A DNA stretch of 63,987 bases, the filler included, from Albugo candida (Eukaryota), in the NCBI GenBank assembly GCA_040437565.1. It is 18 parts of 18 records of this genome, joined end to end, with 100 filler letters (N's around TTAATTAATTAA, not from the genome) between each part and the next. Parts side by side here need not be neighbours in the genome. Positions count along the whole stretch, not along the records: positions 36,715 to 40,208 come from JBDOQK010000214.1; positions 40,309 to 43,772 come from JBDOQK010000215.1; positions 43,873 to 47,334 come from JBDOQK010000216.1; positions 47,435 to 50,878 come from JBDOQK010000217.1; positions 50,979 to 54,413 come from JBDOQK010000218.1; 13 more parts are not named here. One strand, written 5' to 3'. Both the position numbers and the translations under genes were made by a program. The notes under the pieces were generated by a model. That model saw only the letters and a program-made list of their open reading frames with translations, did no database searches and was not told the DNA's origin. Positions 37,005-50,980 of this stretch are shown in pieces; position 1 is the stretch's first letter; every line of letters begins with the position of its first letter.

Positions 37005-40000
37005 ACCCTGATGAGTCATCAACCCGGTGAGATGAAGAGAAAAGTACCCCCACCTCCGTTGCGGCAGTATAGGGCGGTACCGTAGTACATGTGGTACTCT
37101 CATTGTCTCGTCACAGAGTGGTGATAAGTGAAATGCAAGTGTTTACGACACCAAACGTCCCAACTTGGCAGACCTTACTAAGCCCCAGGAGTCCTTCCTA
37201 GGACAAGGCTAGAGCGAAAATTCAATATCGCATGGATCTCCCAAAGCCGAAAGCATCGGTAATTAAAGCAATATCTGAACATAATGCCGGGAAGTACCCG
37301 AATTGATTTGTTGTTGCCGCAAAATTGAGGCAGCCAGTCCTTTCAAGATCGCGAGAGAAATTTTCCCAGTGGGTTTGGAAATAGGTCAGGCTTTGGCAAG
37401 CATTCCGGATGGAAAATCACTGAAATCACTCCTAAATTTATGGAAACCTGGTGCGTGAGTCTCTTCTGGACACTCGTCAGCTTGAACAGGCGTCTAAACC
37501 CTCCGGAGGGAATATTAGTGTGATGATCACGTTATCGGACGAACGTGAACAACTGGAGTGCCAGATCGTTCTCGACGAAATGTATTTCTTACAAGAGTAC
37601 GACACCTTAAAACGTCGATATTATCTGGAATTTGATTGGATTCAGGAGCCGCCGCCGGCAACAGCTCCAAAAACAAACAAGAAATTAACAAAAATGGCAT
37701 CTGTGGTCGCCTCAGAAAATATGAATGTGTTGATTTCCGAGTATGGAAGAAGCGACAAAGGTAGTCAAACGAAAACTATCCGATCAACAGTCGTTGGAGT
37801 ATAAATATCCTCCGTAAATCACACCACCGGGCAGAGCGCAGCTCCCGCAAATATCCCTTCCACTCCTTGCTCTAGAAGACAAAACAAATCCACAAGAAGC
37901 AAAGGAGCCAGTAAAGTGGGATGGAGATATACACATGCAGGTAGTTCGTTCACTGTATAGAGCCATTCCGACATATGGTGTTGTACGCACGTACTATGCT
38001 CTGACTGGTTTGGCGACCAAGAACTATTTCTATGTTCTAGTGAAAATGGAAGCGGGGATAAAGAAAGTCGAAGCTGTTCACAACGGTCCTAAAATACGGT
38101 TTCAAATCATTCCAGTAAAACACGGATTCTAGAAGCGGTGTCCACTTAAACGTGGCTGCACATTTTTTCGTATACGTCACACGAAGGTTATAAAAGCGGA
38201 GCGACCAACTAGAGTTGGAAAATTTGGGAAAGCCATGGAAATGAATTCCAGAAGTGCTCTTCACATCATCCACCGGACAAGCTGGTCCATGATGACGCAA
38301 AAATTAGAATATGTGTGCAGGCTGAATGTTCAGCACGAATCCGGACAAAATCATTCGAGCAACACTTGATCACCCGATCTCTATGGATAGTGAGCTACTT
38401 GCCTGTAAGGAGTTCAATGTCAAATCATTGGACGAAATGCGTATCTACTGCAGGTAAATCGAGTATTCACTGCTCAACATTTAAATTAGATTTTACCTTT
38501 ACGACAAGATGGAGTCGACATGTAGGTGGGAAAGTTCCATCAAACCATGACGTGATACTCAAGAAAATAGCTATATGGCAGAGAGAGATGCCGGAAATGG
38601 TTCTCGTTTGTCAAGAGCAGCGAAAGCTCTAGTCATGATGGGACTTCTGATCTTGTGTACTGCCCCCTCTGTTTGCACAGATGTATGTTGGGTCACATCT
38701 TTCAAGTTTTGCCAGTGATTTGGATTCCGGTCCATCATTGACCCTTATTTCCAACCAGTTTGCTGCTATGACTGTCACACTCGGAGTTAGGCACCAATTG
38801 TTGGGCCCAATGGGTTGGAGGTAAAGGGCAAGGAGCTCTCTCTAACGACATCGACGAGATGTCCGTAAATCCCTACTTCTTCCCGTAACAATCTGCAACC
38901 CTTCAGCTCTCCATTAAAGATGGTGAAAAGAAGTTGATTGCTGGTCCACTTCAGCGTGGATACTAAGTGCTCATCTATTATCGCAACGTGGCACAACATT
39001 TCAGCACTCACGGCGAATGTTAATGATTTCACATATTTGGTCATCTTTTTATTGACTACGTTCTATCACAACACTTCACTTGTTGTGTTCGAGAAACCAA
39101 GTTTCACGATCACAATTCACTGAACTTTTCTCACTTTCTAATACACTGAGAAATTCAGGACAAAATGTTTGGAAATAATGACAACAGTGCTTTTCTTCAT
39201 TCAAACTTAAATTTTCCGTAGCGATGTGATGATATCCTTCGTTCAGACTTTCACGGTTATACAAAATCTGAACAACTCATTAAACGAAGCATTCGAAATC
39301 GCTGATTGGTTTTGGGTCTTCTGATACACGATTCACCGGTGTATAATCACAGCGTATCCGCACCGGTACAAGGCCGAGGCGAGAGTGATTTTTTTGTGGT
39401 TCTGCTCGCCGACAATTACGAATCAGCCACAACACATATCGTAGTTGTGATTTTAATACACCATTCGATCCAGCTTCCGATACTTCGAGTGGAACAATTC
39501 GACACGAACCAAGTCGATTAGCGTGTCTGAAATGGCTGACGTAGCTGGTTGGGATAGGCACTTGGAGAATCCAACAACTGGCTGACAAATTATTTTACAA
39601 CGATTACCGCGCAAGAATCGACTCGATTACAACTGCATGTCAGCAGAGCTAATCAATATGGTGTACAAAAACGAAACTTGTTCCCCACGACATGCAATGT
39701 GATAGAGAGTTGGTTTCTAATCCAACTCAATCCAAGGCGACGATATTGGAATGTTTATTGCGACTATTTGGATATTCTCAAGTTGTCGAAGCAATCAAAT
39801 AGGAAGCGAATTCGGTGCTCGAACAGTTGCGGACAACTCCGGCTCCTGGAAAAATGTCGGACAATTGGGAGACGCAAATCAAGAAACAGCTTCCAGGAAT
39901 TGAACACGATCTTATAATATAGCCGACGTGATTTTGAGTCTATTGATCGTGTTTTGGTAGCATCAACTCGATTTCGCACTCAAGACACCAATCAGTCACG

Positions 40001-40050
40001 TCAGTTATTCGAATCGAGTCTCGAATGACTCATAGAAACGTTCATGGAAG
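37005..40050 (+). mobile_element. Degenerate LINE: ORF1 remnant followed by ORF2 endonuclease
   Basis: 39230-40030 is colinear with the endonuclease region at 31690-32500 (LIHDSPVY.HSV.APVQ, KNRLDY). The 5' part (37005-37305) is similar to the reverse complement of 47435-47765. The ORF1 assignment rests on its position upstream of the endonuclease. Confidence 0.75.
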
Positions 40051-40689
40051 ATAACTGGTTGTACATCTGAAATGCGAACAATTCCATATGGAAGATAAAG
40101 GTACAAAGTCACGTCTCGTTTGTACGCTTGGTGCCTTATCCCTTTGTAACACAACATATATTTTTCAAGTATAAAAGACCGTTTTACATTTTGGAATAAA
40201 AGTAGAAANNNNNNNNNNNNNNNNNNNNNNNNNNNNNNNNNNNNNNNNNNNNTTAATTAATTAANNNNNNNNNNNNNNNNNNNNNNNNNNNNNNNNNNNN
40301 NNNNNNNNACATTTTACCATGCTATTGAGAGTCTACTCGAAAATACGCAACGTTTGTTGTTCCATGTACCCTACTTGTACCACATAGAAGTGCTAGAATA
40401 TCGCGTATAAGCAAATCATTTTATTTGAAAAAGTACGGTATCAGTTATAGTCTACTCGATAGTACCTTACTACTTGGATACGACAATAGGAGCCTAGAGC
40501 GCATCAATCACGAGGAGATATATACCTTGAGATTGGCTAGCGAGAACACATAATAACGGCTCCCGCTTCTCAAAGTATGTCTTAAACATACTAATCGAAG
40601 TTTTCGAACAATAATGATGGGATAAAGTGACAAAGGCAACGTTACAATCCAACTGGATGTGTATTCTATTTAAACTGATAGACTTCTGT

Positions 40690-43080
40690 GTATACTTGCG
40701 CTATCTCAAATAATGAATACACATACAAATAAAAACGTAAAGGTTTCATGAAAATACCTGTGTGAGATGATAATATGTCTTCTTGCTCATGGTCCTGTCT
40801 GTGTAGCGTCGAAAGGTACCCTGATTTTCAAATAGATGTTCGCCACATTACTGAGCATACACATTCAACTAGGAATAGGATCGGAGCTGCACTTACCATT
40901 TCGACTTGCACTTGCTAAAACAGTGTGGAGTAGAATAAGAAACTATTCTATTTGAAGCGTATGGTCCTATTATCTCTCTTAATAGTTTCTTTTCACATCA
41001 CTGGTCGCGCCCTTTTGACACAAATAGTCGTGCCTTTTCACCACCTTGCGTTCCAGAATCTTGGCAAGCTGAATGCGTTCGTCTGAATCGCTGAACTTCC
41101 TTCAAAAGTATTGAACGTGTGCACTAAACGTTCTTTATATCACTTGCTGATTGCTGGTCGAGCAAATGAGGACTCTGATCGATCCTGGCAAAGTGCAACG
41201 TAGCTCTTGGAATGAGGGCCATAAACAATGAAAATATAATTTGCTGATAATCTTTCCATGGTGACTGTATCTTTGGCACAATTGCACATGCAATATGCGA
41301 CCAACGTGGACAGAAAACTGATCCAAAGTAGGAAGTTCGTCCATCTATGATTATGCCGTATGAGAGTACTCGGGAAAGAGTTGTTTATTAAATTACTCTG
41401 CGTCACAAGGAAGCTGATCGCGCAATATAATGTCTGGGAATGAACATCTTCTGAAACCAGAAACGCGATCGAACAGGCAGTATCCAAAGGACCAGACGAA
41501 CCTATGACTTTTCAAATGAAAAAAATGTTTCCAAAAATGCCGTGACGTGACCATAAACTCTTGAACCCGTCCTGTATCTGTTGTGTCCTATCTCTCCCGT
41601 AAAGACCAGTCTGTTGACATCAGATCAATCTATAGAAATTTCTGCCAATTTGTGAGAAGGAGAGCTTAACGATGATCGATGAAAAAAAAAATGCTTCTGC
41701 TCTGTGCTTTGTATATTCATGTAATGTAAAACGATCTTTCACCTGTGTTGACTTAAATCCAATTGGTAAGAGCAATCGTCGAGCTGGATCGCTGCGGTAG
41801 CTTTGTGACTTTGAATAAAGTCGACGCAACACCTTCTCATCAGCAATATCTTATGCATGTAGCTCTTCTTCGTTGTCATTGATGAACGCTTCCTTCGCTG
41901 TTCATTTGTCATAATTTCTTTGAAAAAGGCTCGGTGACTTTCAGATCGTGAAAGCTGTAGCGAGCGATTCTCATTATTTCCAATGCACTTCGTCCATCAT
42001 GCCAAAATACACAAGTATTTTGCGTACTCAAACTACGAGTAGAAGCTTCACAGTGTAGTTATTGGTCGTAGTTGAAACACATCGATTGATCTATGTCGCA
42101 CTGACGGCATTGTCGAAGATCCATATCTGAGATTGAATGCTCCAATCCATCGCATGCAAATTTTTAAAGCCTTGTTTTCGCCAAGATGTTCCTTAGTATC
42201 TAACCAATTCCTTACAGCGGTGTGGTACGATGGTGAATATGTCCATCGGGTTGTGTTGTCCAAAGGAAGGTTGAATAAGTTGTAATAATTCCGTCGAATT
42301 TGTAGTTTAATTCTCGAATAATTGTCGACGCATCGGATGCGAAACTGCTTAGGAATTGAATGAGCTGTAGCTTCAGTCGTCTCACCAAATAAGGTACTTG
42401 TAGTCCACCATCTTGTTAGAATATAAAAAAATTTCTGATAAGGTGAACGGGCTTCACATATTGATTTAGCATCAATTTTCACTATCGGATAGTCTCTGCT
42501 GATATTTGCACGTGAATGTTATCGTCTGCTATCAAGTAGTGGACCACGGACAGTTCGTGCACGTCGAAGCCATGCACCAAACCTATCATGAAAATACTTG
42601 AACAGAGTTGAGATAATCATCGAATTAGTTGGTGTCTGGCCGAACAGAGTACCGAAATATTGAACGAATACTCGCGACCCATTACGGTCAAATCAACGAG
42701 ATAAAGGATGATTTAGTAAAGTTGAGTTCCTCAACAGATCCATCCCAATAGACTTGAAATGAGTAAAAGTTGCATTAGCATTCCATTTAGTGTTTTGGAA
42801 AGCAATGTCGAATCGTCCGCGAAAATATTACAGTCGCCACATCAGTCAAATGCTATGTTCTTCATGTTGGCGGAATTGATTTCTCAAAAGCTCTGTCGTC
42901 AATAGAAAAAGTACTATTCGGAGAGGATCATCTTTCTTGACTTCACCTTGTAACTTGGACGGCGTGATACTATTATTGATCTCAGGTGCGCTTTCTCGTC
43001 GGTTTTTACAAAGACAAACTCAGTCAATCAACTTTTCCAAGGCCCCATCCTTTGAAACTCGTGACAATCAATTTCATTTC
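40690..43080 (-). mobile_element. Older, more diverged LINE copy (RT to 3' UTR)
   Basis: IFADDSTLLSK at about 42795-42828, and DAKSICEARSPY...TRWW. The 3' UTR motif ggtttcatgaaaatacctgtgtgagatg is shared with 1078-1103. Confidence 0.85.
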
Positions 43081-43872
43081 GGTAGCAACAGCATTGATTT
43101 ATTGGTAATTGCATGCTTTTCTTTCGTTAAGAACGCAACTTTTTTTTAGAATTTTGTCGGAGTAGTAGGTTCTTGACGATTCGCAGATCGATCCAAGTGT
43201 ACCCTATAGCAAGCATCGTCAAGGAGATAGCTGGGTTTTTGCCTCCGCGCATCGCGATGTATACTTCTTTGGCTGCTCAAAATTCAAAATAATTCAGCGA
43301 CACGATGCAACGTCTACTTTGCACAAGTTTTGCAAGCATTCACATAAAACTTCAACGCGAAAGATTTATTTCTCTAATGGTACAAATTTTTGCCGAACTG
43401 TGTTTCTCATCACTGTACAAGTGTGTCCGTTTGTATGCGGTTTCTTTAAAATCGGAGAACTGCTTGCACTAATACAACTAATAAACTTGCATCACACATA
43501 TATCTTCCTCCAATGGCTGTATGAGGTGAAAATCATTACAACGGTTTCTATGTCTAGTCTCTCGTGTAGACTTCTTGATTTGGCGCAGAATTGTGTATGA
43601 TCGTGGATATGAGCTACAAGACTAGGGAAGACGTCGAAAGTGTCCAGTTTTATTGAATTGAGTCTGTTCCGTTGCACTTTACTTTAAGCTGGTGTACGCA
43701 ACCTGATGAAGTATCAACTAATAAATGAAGAGCTAAACTGATGAACAATTTCGACTACTGGTCGTCTTCCTGNNNNNNNNNNNNNNNNNNNNNNNNNNNN
43801 NNNNNNNNNNNNNNNNTTAATTAATTAANNNNNNNNNNNNNNNNNNNNNNNNNNNNNNNNNNNNNNNNNNNN

Positions 43873-46666
43873 CGATGGTAATGCTGAAAAATATAAAAAT
43901 ATATTTCATATACTCATCAAGCTTTTATTATAATAGTTATCGATGATGATGCTCCAGCTGATTCTGAAAGTTCTTCAGTTTTCCCAACTGAACCTCTTGC
44001 TATCATTTTCTTGATGTTGCTCTTGTACTTGAACGCCAAGTTTTTGACAGTGGAAGGATGTGAAGTAGTTATGGGATTTTTGAATTTAGCGTTGAAAGTT
44101 AGTGGGTCAACTTTCCAGTTTCCCGCTAGCATGAAAACCTTTACTAAAAGATTTGATTTCGATCAACACTTTCATTCCGGTTTGAAAACTTATGTTTCTT
44201 GTATCAAATGTCACTCAGTTTATGATATGCCTGAAAATCAGTATGAACGAGATCAACATAAAAAGTGCACTTTTGCCAGAAGTGTTTCTTTGATTGACGA
44301 TCGAGTTTTGGGATACTGTGGTCAAGAACTTTATGATGTGTCTAATGCAAACAATCTCTTACCAAAAGCTATTTATATGTACAACTCTGTTGTTACTACT
44401 TTAAAGAAGTTTTATTTACGTGAGGGGTTTGCAAAGGCAATTTCAGCTTGGAAAACTAGAAACATGACTCACCCTGATTATCTTTTTGATGTATACGATG
44501 GTGATGTATTTAAAAATTTTAAATTGAACGATTCTGATACTACTGCTTTTGTTGATCAAAGTGATAATAACTTGCAATTATCCTTAAACATTGATTGGTT
44601 TACTACCTTTAAAAATTCTGCTGAACATAGTTTAGGTGCGATTTATATCACCATTTTAAACCTCCCTTTACCTATGAGAAACATGAAGAATTATATGATT
44701 TTTGCTGGATTATTACCTGGTGGCCATGGAGAACCAAGCCTTGATCAAATTAATCATTATTTAAGACCATTAGTAGACGAACTGGAATTGTTAAAAAATG
44801 GTGTCATTGTTACATCTCCTGATATTGAAGGTGAATTTGTTATGAAAGCTGCTTTGACGCTCATTGTTTGTGATCTTCCTGGGGCATCAAAAGTAACTGG
44901 TCTTTCGTACTTTAACAGTACTTATGCTTGTAAAAAATGCGATAAACCTTTTGATACAATTACACCTGGTTCAAAACAAATCGATTTCTCTGACATGGAT
45001 TATGAAAATTATCCTTTGCGTACCAAAGAAAGCAATTTTAGATATGCCAATCATTTTAAACTACTTCGCAGCCAAGCAGCAAAACAAGATTATGTTCGTC
45101 AACATGGTACAAGATGGAGTGAATTTCACCGTTTGCCTTATATCGACCTCATTAGGTTCACTGTAATAGATAGCATGCACAACTTGTGGCTCGGAAGTAG
45201 TAGAAGAATTATGGTCAACATATTTATTGAAAGAGGATTTATAACAACTGATGATTTAAAAGAAATGGCTGCTGTATGTAGAAAAATTAAACTTCCGTTT
45301 GGATATGACAATTCTTCCATGGCTCGTAAAATCACAGCTGGATCTGGATTTACCTATTTCAAGGCTGCTGATTGGAAGGTCTTTATGATCGTACTTTCTC
45401 CTTTGTTACTTAAAGGTAAACTTCCTAATGATATGTATAATAATTGGATGCTTTTTGTTTCTGCTTTTGAAACTATGGGTTTACCTCAAATATCACGCCA
45501 ACAACTAGAACAATGCCAAGAAAAAATTGCTGAATTTGGTCGTGGATTTCTTCGTTTGTATGGTAAAGAAAGTATCATGTCTAATTTGCATTATCATTTT
45601 CATTTAAAGGTAAAAAATAACATGAAACAAAATATATTATATAATGTACTAATTATATTTATTTTTCTTATTGCTTTACAAAAAAAAAAAAAAAAAAAAA
45701 AAGATGGATTGTGAAGCATATGGTCCTTTCCACAGTCACTCAACATTTGTTTATGAAAGGTACCATTCTTACTTGAAATCTGTTCACACGAACAATAGAA
45801 ACGGTTTAGAAAGTACTATCCACAAAAAGATCTTAAACAACATTCATGCAAATGATATTACCAGCAATATTCCTTCTATTGGTAACGATGAAATGAATCA
45901 TAAACTGAAGAAATTATATGAAGGAAAAGATATAAATGACACCCAAGAAAACTATTATAATACTTACTTGAGAGAGGAAATGGATTTCGTGATGAGTGAA
46001 AATAATTTCAACTTGGCTGAATTTGTGAATTATTCTGGATATTTAGACCAAGGAGGATATAAAAGAGCTTTGGGATGGGAGCCATTACCTCCAACTACAA
46101 TCGCATCAATGAAGTTTAAAAGAAAGAGCTTACCTATGAAACAAATCGAATTTGAACAATTAATTTCGTATTATTCATGCTATTTCGATTTTAGTTTTTA
46201 TGGTGAACACCAAGACACGTCTGATTTAATAGCAGATACCTATTCAGTAGTAAGAAACAAAATCATAAGATTCAACTCTGTAAAAATACTTGGATATAGA
46301 TATAATTCTATTGAAGCAGCAAGTCCTAGATCAAGTATTGTCCGTGCCTATCATTATGGTGATGATACCTTAAGACCTGCTCAAATCCAGTATTTTTTCA
46401 GGCACGATTGCCATTTAAGAAACGATGAAAATGAAATAAGTCTTGTAACGTCAACATATGCATACGTGAAATGGTATCAAGAAAGTGTTATTCCTCTTAC
46501 TACTTTTAACTCTTTAAATACTTTTACCTACGACACTAAGTTTATGCCTGAGTCAGAAAATTGTATTATTCCTATTCATTCGATCCACTCTCCTGTCGGG
46601 TTTTACTTAAACTGTTTATCAGGTTATAATATGTTCATAAAATTTCCTCGAAAAATAACCGATTAA
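43873..46666 (+). CDS. CACTA/EnSpm (Transposase_21/tnp2-like) transposase, 5'-partial, intact, fungal-type
   Basis: Introns at 43878-43936 and 45610-45703 are in phase. Motifs: CIKC, DVYDG, LNIDWF, ILNLP..R, INHYLRPLVDEL, CDLPG.SK...ACKKC, IDSMHNLWLG, NLHYHFHL, FVYERY and RPAQIQYFF. Confidence 0.92.
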
Positions 46667-47244
46667 ACAACAACAACAGCTTTTTCATATATTATTATCA
46701 ACACTTAAAAATAACACTCTTATATATTATATATCTACTTTTTTCTCATTTATTATAAATAATAAACAATTTTTTATCTTTATCCATCTAAAAAAATATA
46801 CATCACATATCGCTTCTTAAATCATTTTCGACAACAAAAGCCACAACGTATTTCACTTTTAAAAAAAACACATCAATTGCCGAGAGAAAAATAATTCCCC
46901 TGTTGAATATGCTGTACCTTAAAAGTGTAATTTGGATGGTGTACTCGTTTTAGATTTGTAAATATATTATATATGACCTTAAAAAAGAGAGTTGAAGGTT
47001 GATACAACAAAGTACCTTTATTATCAATACATTGTATTACTCAATGATTTTTTTTTATGCTTTACATAAATACCATTTAATTTTAATACTTTTGCACCTT
47101 TTCATTTGAATTACTTCCAGGTAAAGAATTCCCTTTTTTAAGGCGGAATATTATTATTATAATCATTACTGATTACCACTCTATAAATACTAAACGTTTT
47201 TGAAAACTTTGCTCTTCTCTCTAAATATATTTTATTTAAAAAAA

Positions 47245-47334
47245 ATGCCTACAATTCCTACCGTTACCACTTCTACTTTCGTACCAACTTCCCGTACACC
47301 TTCTTCTAGAAACAACAATGCTGCCCGTGAAGAA
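47245..47334 (+). CDS. Start of a second gene downstream of the CACTA transposase (3'-truncated)
   Basis: AAAAATGCCT start context and a TATAAA at about 47182. The frame MPTIPTVTTSTF... is open to the contig end. Confidence 0.4.
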
Positions 47335-47434
47335 NNNNNNNNNNNNNNNNNNNNNNNNNNNNNNNNNNNNNNNNNNNNTTAATTAATTAANNNNNNNNNN
47401 NNNNNNNNNNNNNNNNNNNNNNNNNNNNNNNNNN

Positions 47435-47990
47435 AGACCAATCCGGGTGCTCCCCATCAGCATATAGCTGCAGTATAGCCTCGATATCCGAGGCTTTCGG
47501 TTTTGCGAGCTCCACGCGAAATTTCGCCCGAGCTCTAGCCTGGTCCTTACGCAAGGACTCCTGTGATTTTATAAGGTCAGCCAAGTGGAACTTTTAGTGT
47601 CGTACACACTTGCAGTTGCCTTTGAGTCACCCTGTGACGAGGCAACGACAGTACCGCATGTACTACCGGTACCACATCCGACACCGGTAGTACCGGTATT
47701 AACCTGTACCGTCACACTGGGAGTGGGGTACTTTCCACGTCATCACACAGGGGTGATGACTCATCAACAATCATGCAATCACCCAAAATAGGGTGACTCA
47801 TGAGGGTTGCCACGTCACTACAAGTGGACGCTAGCACCCTGGTTCTGTCGATATGTCGACTTGGACCATTGTTTTTGAAAGAAAAGAGTTGAAAAAAGTT
47901 GTTTTTCGAGTTGTTTTGTACTAAATTGGCGGGTTGCGTAGTAGCCGGAAATTCAGAAGAGCTCTACTTGCTTTATTCGAATCGCTACTC
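47435..47990 (-). mobile_element. LINE 5' end (5' UTR and degenerate ORF1 N-terminus)
   Basis: ATG GTC CAA at about 47869, then ST[W]ADLIKSQESLRKDQARARAKF. Homologous to 37005-37305, which precedes the endonuclease region. Confidence 0.6.
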
Positions 47991-48989
47991 AGCTTAGAAA
48001 CGATTTTTTGCCTTCAGTCCGCTCTCTTCAACTTTTCGGCGCGTTAAGTAGTCCAATCATTCCAATAAGAGCATTCCTTTTTCCAGAGTATGCTATTCGT
48101 ATATACATCACAATGAGCATCAATATATTTATACATCGTCTAATTTCAGGCAATATTAATTCTACATGTCATTGCTCTTGGCATACTCTGGCTGAACACT
48201 CTCGCATCCATTTATTTAAATTTCCTGCAGAAAAACTTAGTGCATGACTCTTCATGTCGAATCAAATCCTCACTCACTCTGTCATTCCATTATAACATTC
48301 ACGAATGACAGAAAAGAAGCTCTATCAGATGCTGTCGCCTTTATCTTTTCCATCTATCACTTGGTTCTTCAAATTTTATACTTAATAAAAAGCTAGAGGA
48401 ACCATTTCAAGTAACTGTGGGCGGTATTTAGACTCTTGACCCATCTTCTAGTCTACTGATTATAATCGCGATTCCAAGCACGTTTGTGCACGATGTAGGG
48501 CGTACCAATCCATCCACTTGATCTCAAAACCATTCACTGCTTATTCGATGAACGAGCCTCGATCTATTCTTTCCTACATTTACAAGGAATCGATGCAAAC
48601 TTCAAAGCCATTTGCGCCGAAATTATTCAGATGAACATTTAGGTGGCAGCACAGTAGACTTGAATTGTGAGTAAAACCCAATGATGAATGCTTCTTAGGC
48701 ATATAGACCAAGGTCGCTATATTCTGTCGAAGTCCCTGCTGCTTGTCTATGTGATCTGTCTCTCAGTTTCGACACTACAAGTCACAGGCGGCTTCGGTAA
48801 TTGTAGGTGCTTTTACTTGTTGATCACTATAAAGATGATATTCATACTAGGTATCTTATACCTACCCTACTCAACCTACTCGGGTTTGCTCTACATCAAC
48901 TACCCAGTCGTCACTTCGTACGGGACACAAACGGATCTAAATCGCATCACTTCGCCTTCTTCCATCAAGTTTCGCCTTCAATAGACCGC

Positions 48990-50878
48990 TACATCGCTTC
49001 AGCTGTAGGATTGTTTGCGACCCACCTCGACAGCAGGACCGGAACATCTTCATGCAGGATAACAGCGGTCTCTCATATGTTTTCCACGCTATCTAGCCCG
49101 ATCAATTTGACCAGGATTTCCCATGTCTGTAGATCGTGATTGAGACGGCACGCTAAGAATCGCTCCATTAAATGGCATTCATTCGCAAACACGATATCAT
49201 CCCATGGATTCTGCGTTACCTCCAAATGTCTTTTTTCATAAATCCCTAGTCGTGGAGCGTGACGCGTGTGGAAATCGTAGGGCTCCACTGGCTCCTGAAA
49301 TCTATGCACCCGATCATGCAATGTAGAGACCACACGGTATCGGAACTTCCAACGTAGGACCAATTTTTGGCGGGCTTGGTGACGTCACCGGATAATACAA
49401 AATTTGCAATTTTAAAATTGGTACATATGACGCGTTTTTCATTGCTGTAGCGGCGTCTTGCTGCCTCTTTCTTTTGTTTTGTGGCCTCGGGTAATGCCTT
49501 CTTCATATTTTCCAGTGTTTCTTGAAGGTTTTTAATGGATTCTTGCTGTTTCACATTTATCGGTCATAGACGCCAAATCATTTCATGCCGTCGGGTGATG
49601 CATCACGCTGATCGGATCTCCTGCTGGCAGTGCCGTAAACTCTATAAACGGTGTATAACCATTTAGCCGAGCTCATGGTAGCTAACTTACTGACGATTGA
49701 TAGAGTGGCAACAAAGTGGGCCATTGTCCAATCCTCAGCTTTCTTTCGCCCAAAATACAGTGCATTGTCTTTACTTCGATGGGCCCATCTTCTCACATAC
49801 GATACGCCGTCACGAAATAATGTTTGCGCGTAGATGTTTCGAAAGTTTCGAAATAACTTCATTCGTTAAATGTGACCCTCCGTAAGACATCCAGACCGAG
49901 ACCACGCCATAGCTCTAAAGCAAATCCATTGTTGCTACCACGGTGACATCGGTGTTGGCCACCCCATCAGGAATAAACTACCAAAACCCGCTCATGTCAT
50001 CTTTCAATACGAGCACATAATGATACCCTCCAACACCTGCAGGCATTGAAAGACGATCGAAATATAAGATTTCACTCGGTTTCTCTTAGCGTTTCTTTGA
50101 ATAGGCGAAAAATATCTTCCTTCTCGCGACAAAAGACAGTGTAGACATCGGAGCACGAATGCCTTCACGTCACGATTCATCGAGCTCCATACTACATGCT
50201 TTGCTATTTCTGAAATGTCGTCGCGATACTCCGATGATCTGCAGCTCCTGCAGGAGACAAATTCAAAGTCGTTGCTCGACATTTGCGACACTGTTTGGGA
50301 TCCAAATGCGGTTGTCCGCATCTACTAACGCCACGCTTGTTGTCTTTCTTCAATGTGGATTTATACGAAGGCTTCTGTCTTCCGAAGCTGATTCTAGCAC
50401 GCCAAATTCCTCCAATGACGGCCATGCAAAAGCAGTAGCTTTCAAAGGCGATACATTTTGTACGACAGCCAGAGCATAAGGTTTGTTCGTTTTTTGTTTC
50501 ACCCCTTCACTTGGCGATCCCAACGGGATAGCATAACCCTCCATACGTTTATATCCCCAGATACATATCCGATCACATAACAAAACGTTTGCAAGACCAT
50601 TTCCATTCGTTGAAGCTTGTCCGCTTCATATCTTGCGATGGGGGTATCGGATCGAGAATAAATTCTAGATTTGGTAATCATTGAAAAAATGGAAACTTTT
50701 CTCTTGCACTAACAGACGAATTCTCCACAACGACGAAAACTTTCTTCGATATAGTTGCCCAACCTGCAGCGGATCCTTCAAAATATCCACTTATAAATGC
50801 GAGTGGTACATGTACTTTGTCAACGATTTCATTACACTGTTTATCTGGTTCTTTAACTACCTTCCTTATCCTATCATG
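48990..50878 (-). mobile_element. Degenerate Ty3/Gypsy pol (RNase H, integrase, chromodomain)
   Basis: PLAFISGYF...W (RNase H), NVWRVMLSRW, VWSSMNRDVKAFVLRCLHCL (zinc finger), HAPRL and WEILVKLIGLDSVEN...LHEDVP (chromodomain-like). Many disruptions. Confidence 0.8.
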
Positions 50879-50980
50879 NNNNNNNNNNNNNNNNNNNNNN
50901 NNNNNNNNNNNNNNNNNNNNNNTTAATTAATTAANNNNNNNNNNNNNNNNNNNNNNNNNNNNNNNNNNNNNNNNNNNNAA

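Noticed and set aside
47632-47830. TGTGAC.../...CGTCACA segment (also ~37010-37115) as a Gypsy LTR end
   Set aside because: Similarity between the two copies continues with identical spacing into the LINE ORF1 coding remnant. There is no PBS or PPT, so it is better read as the LINE 5' region.
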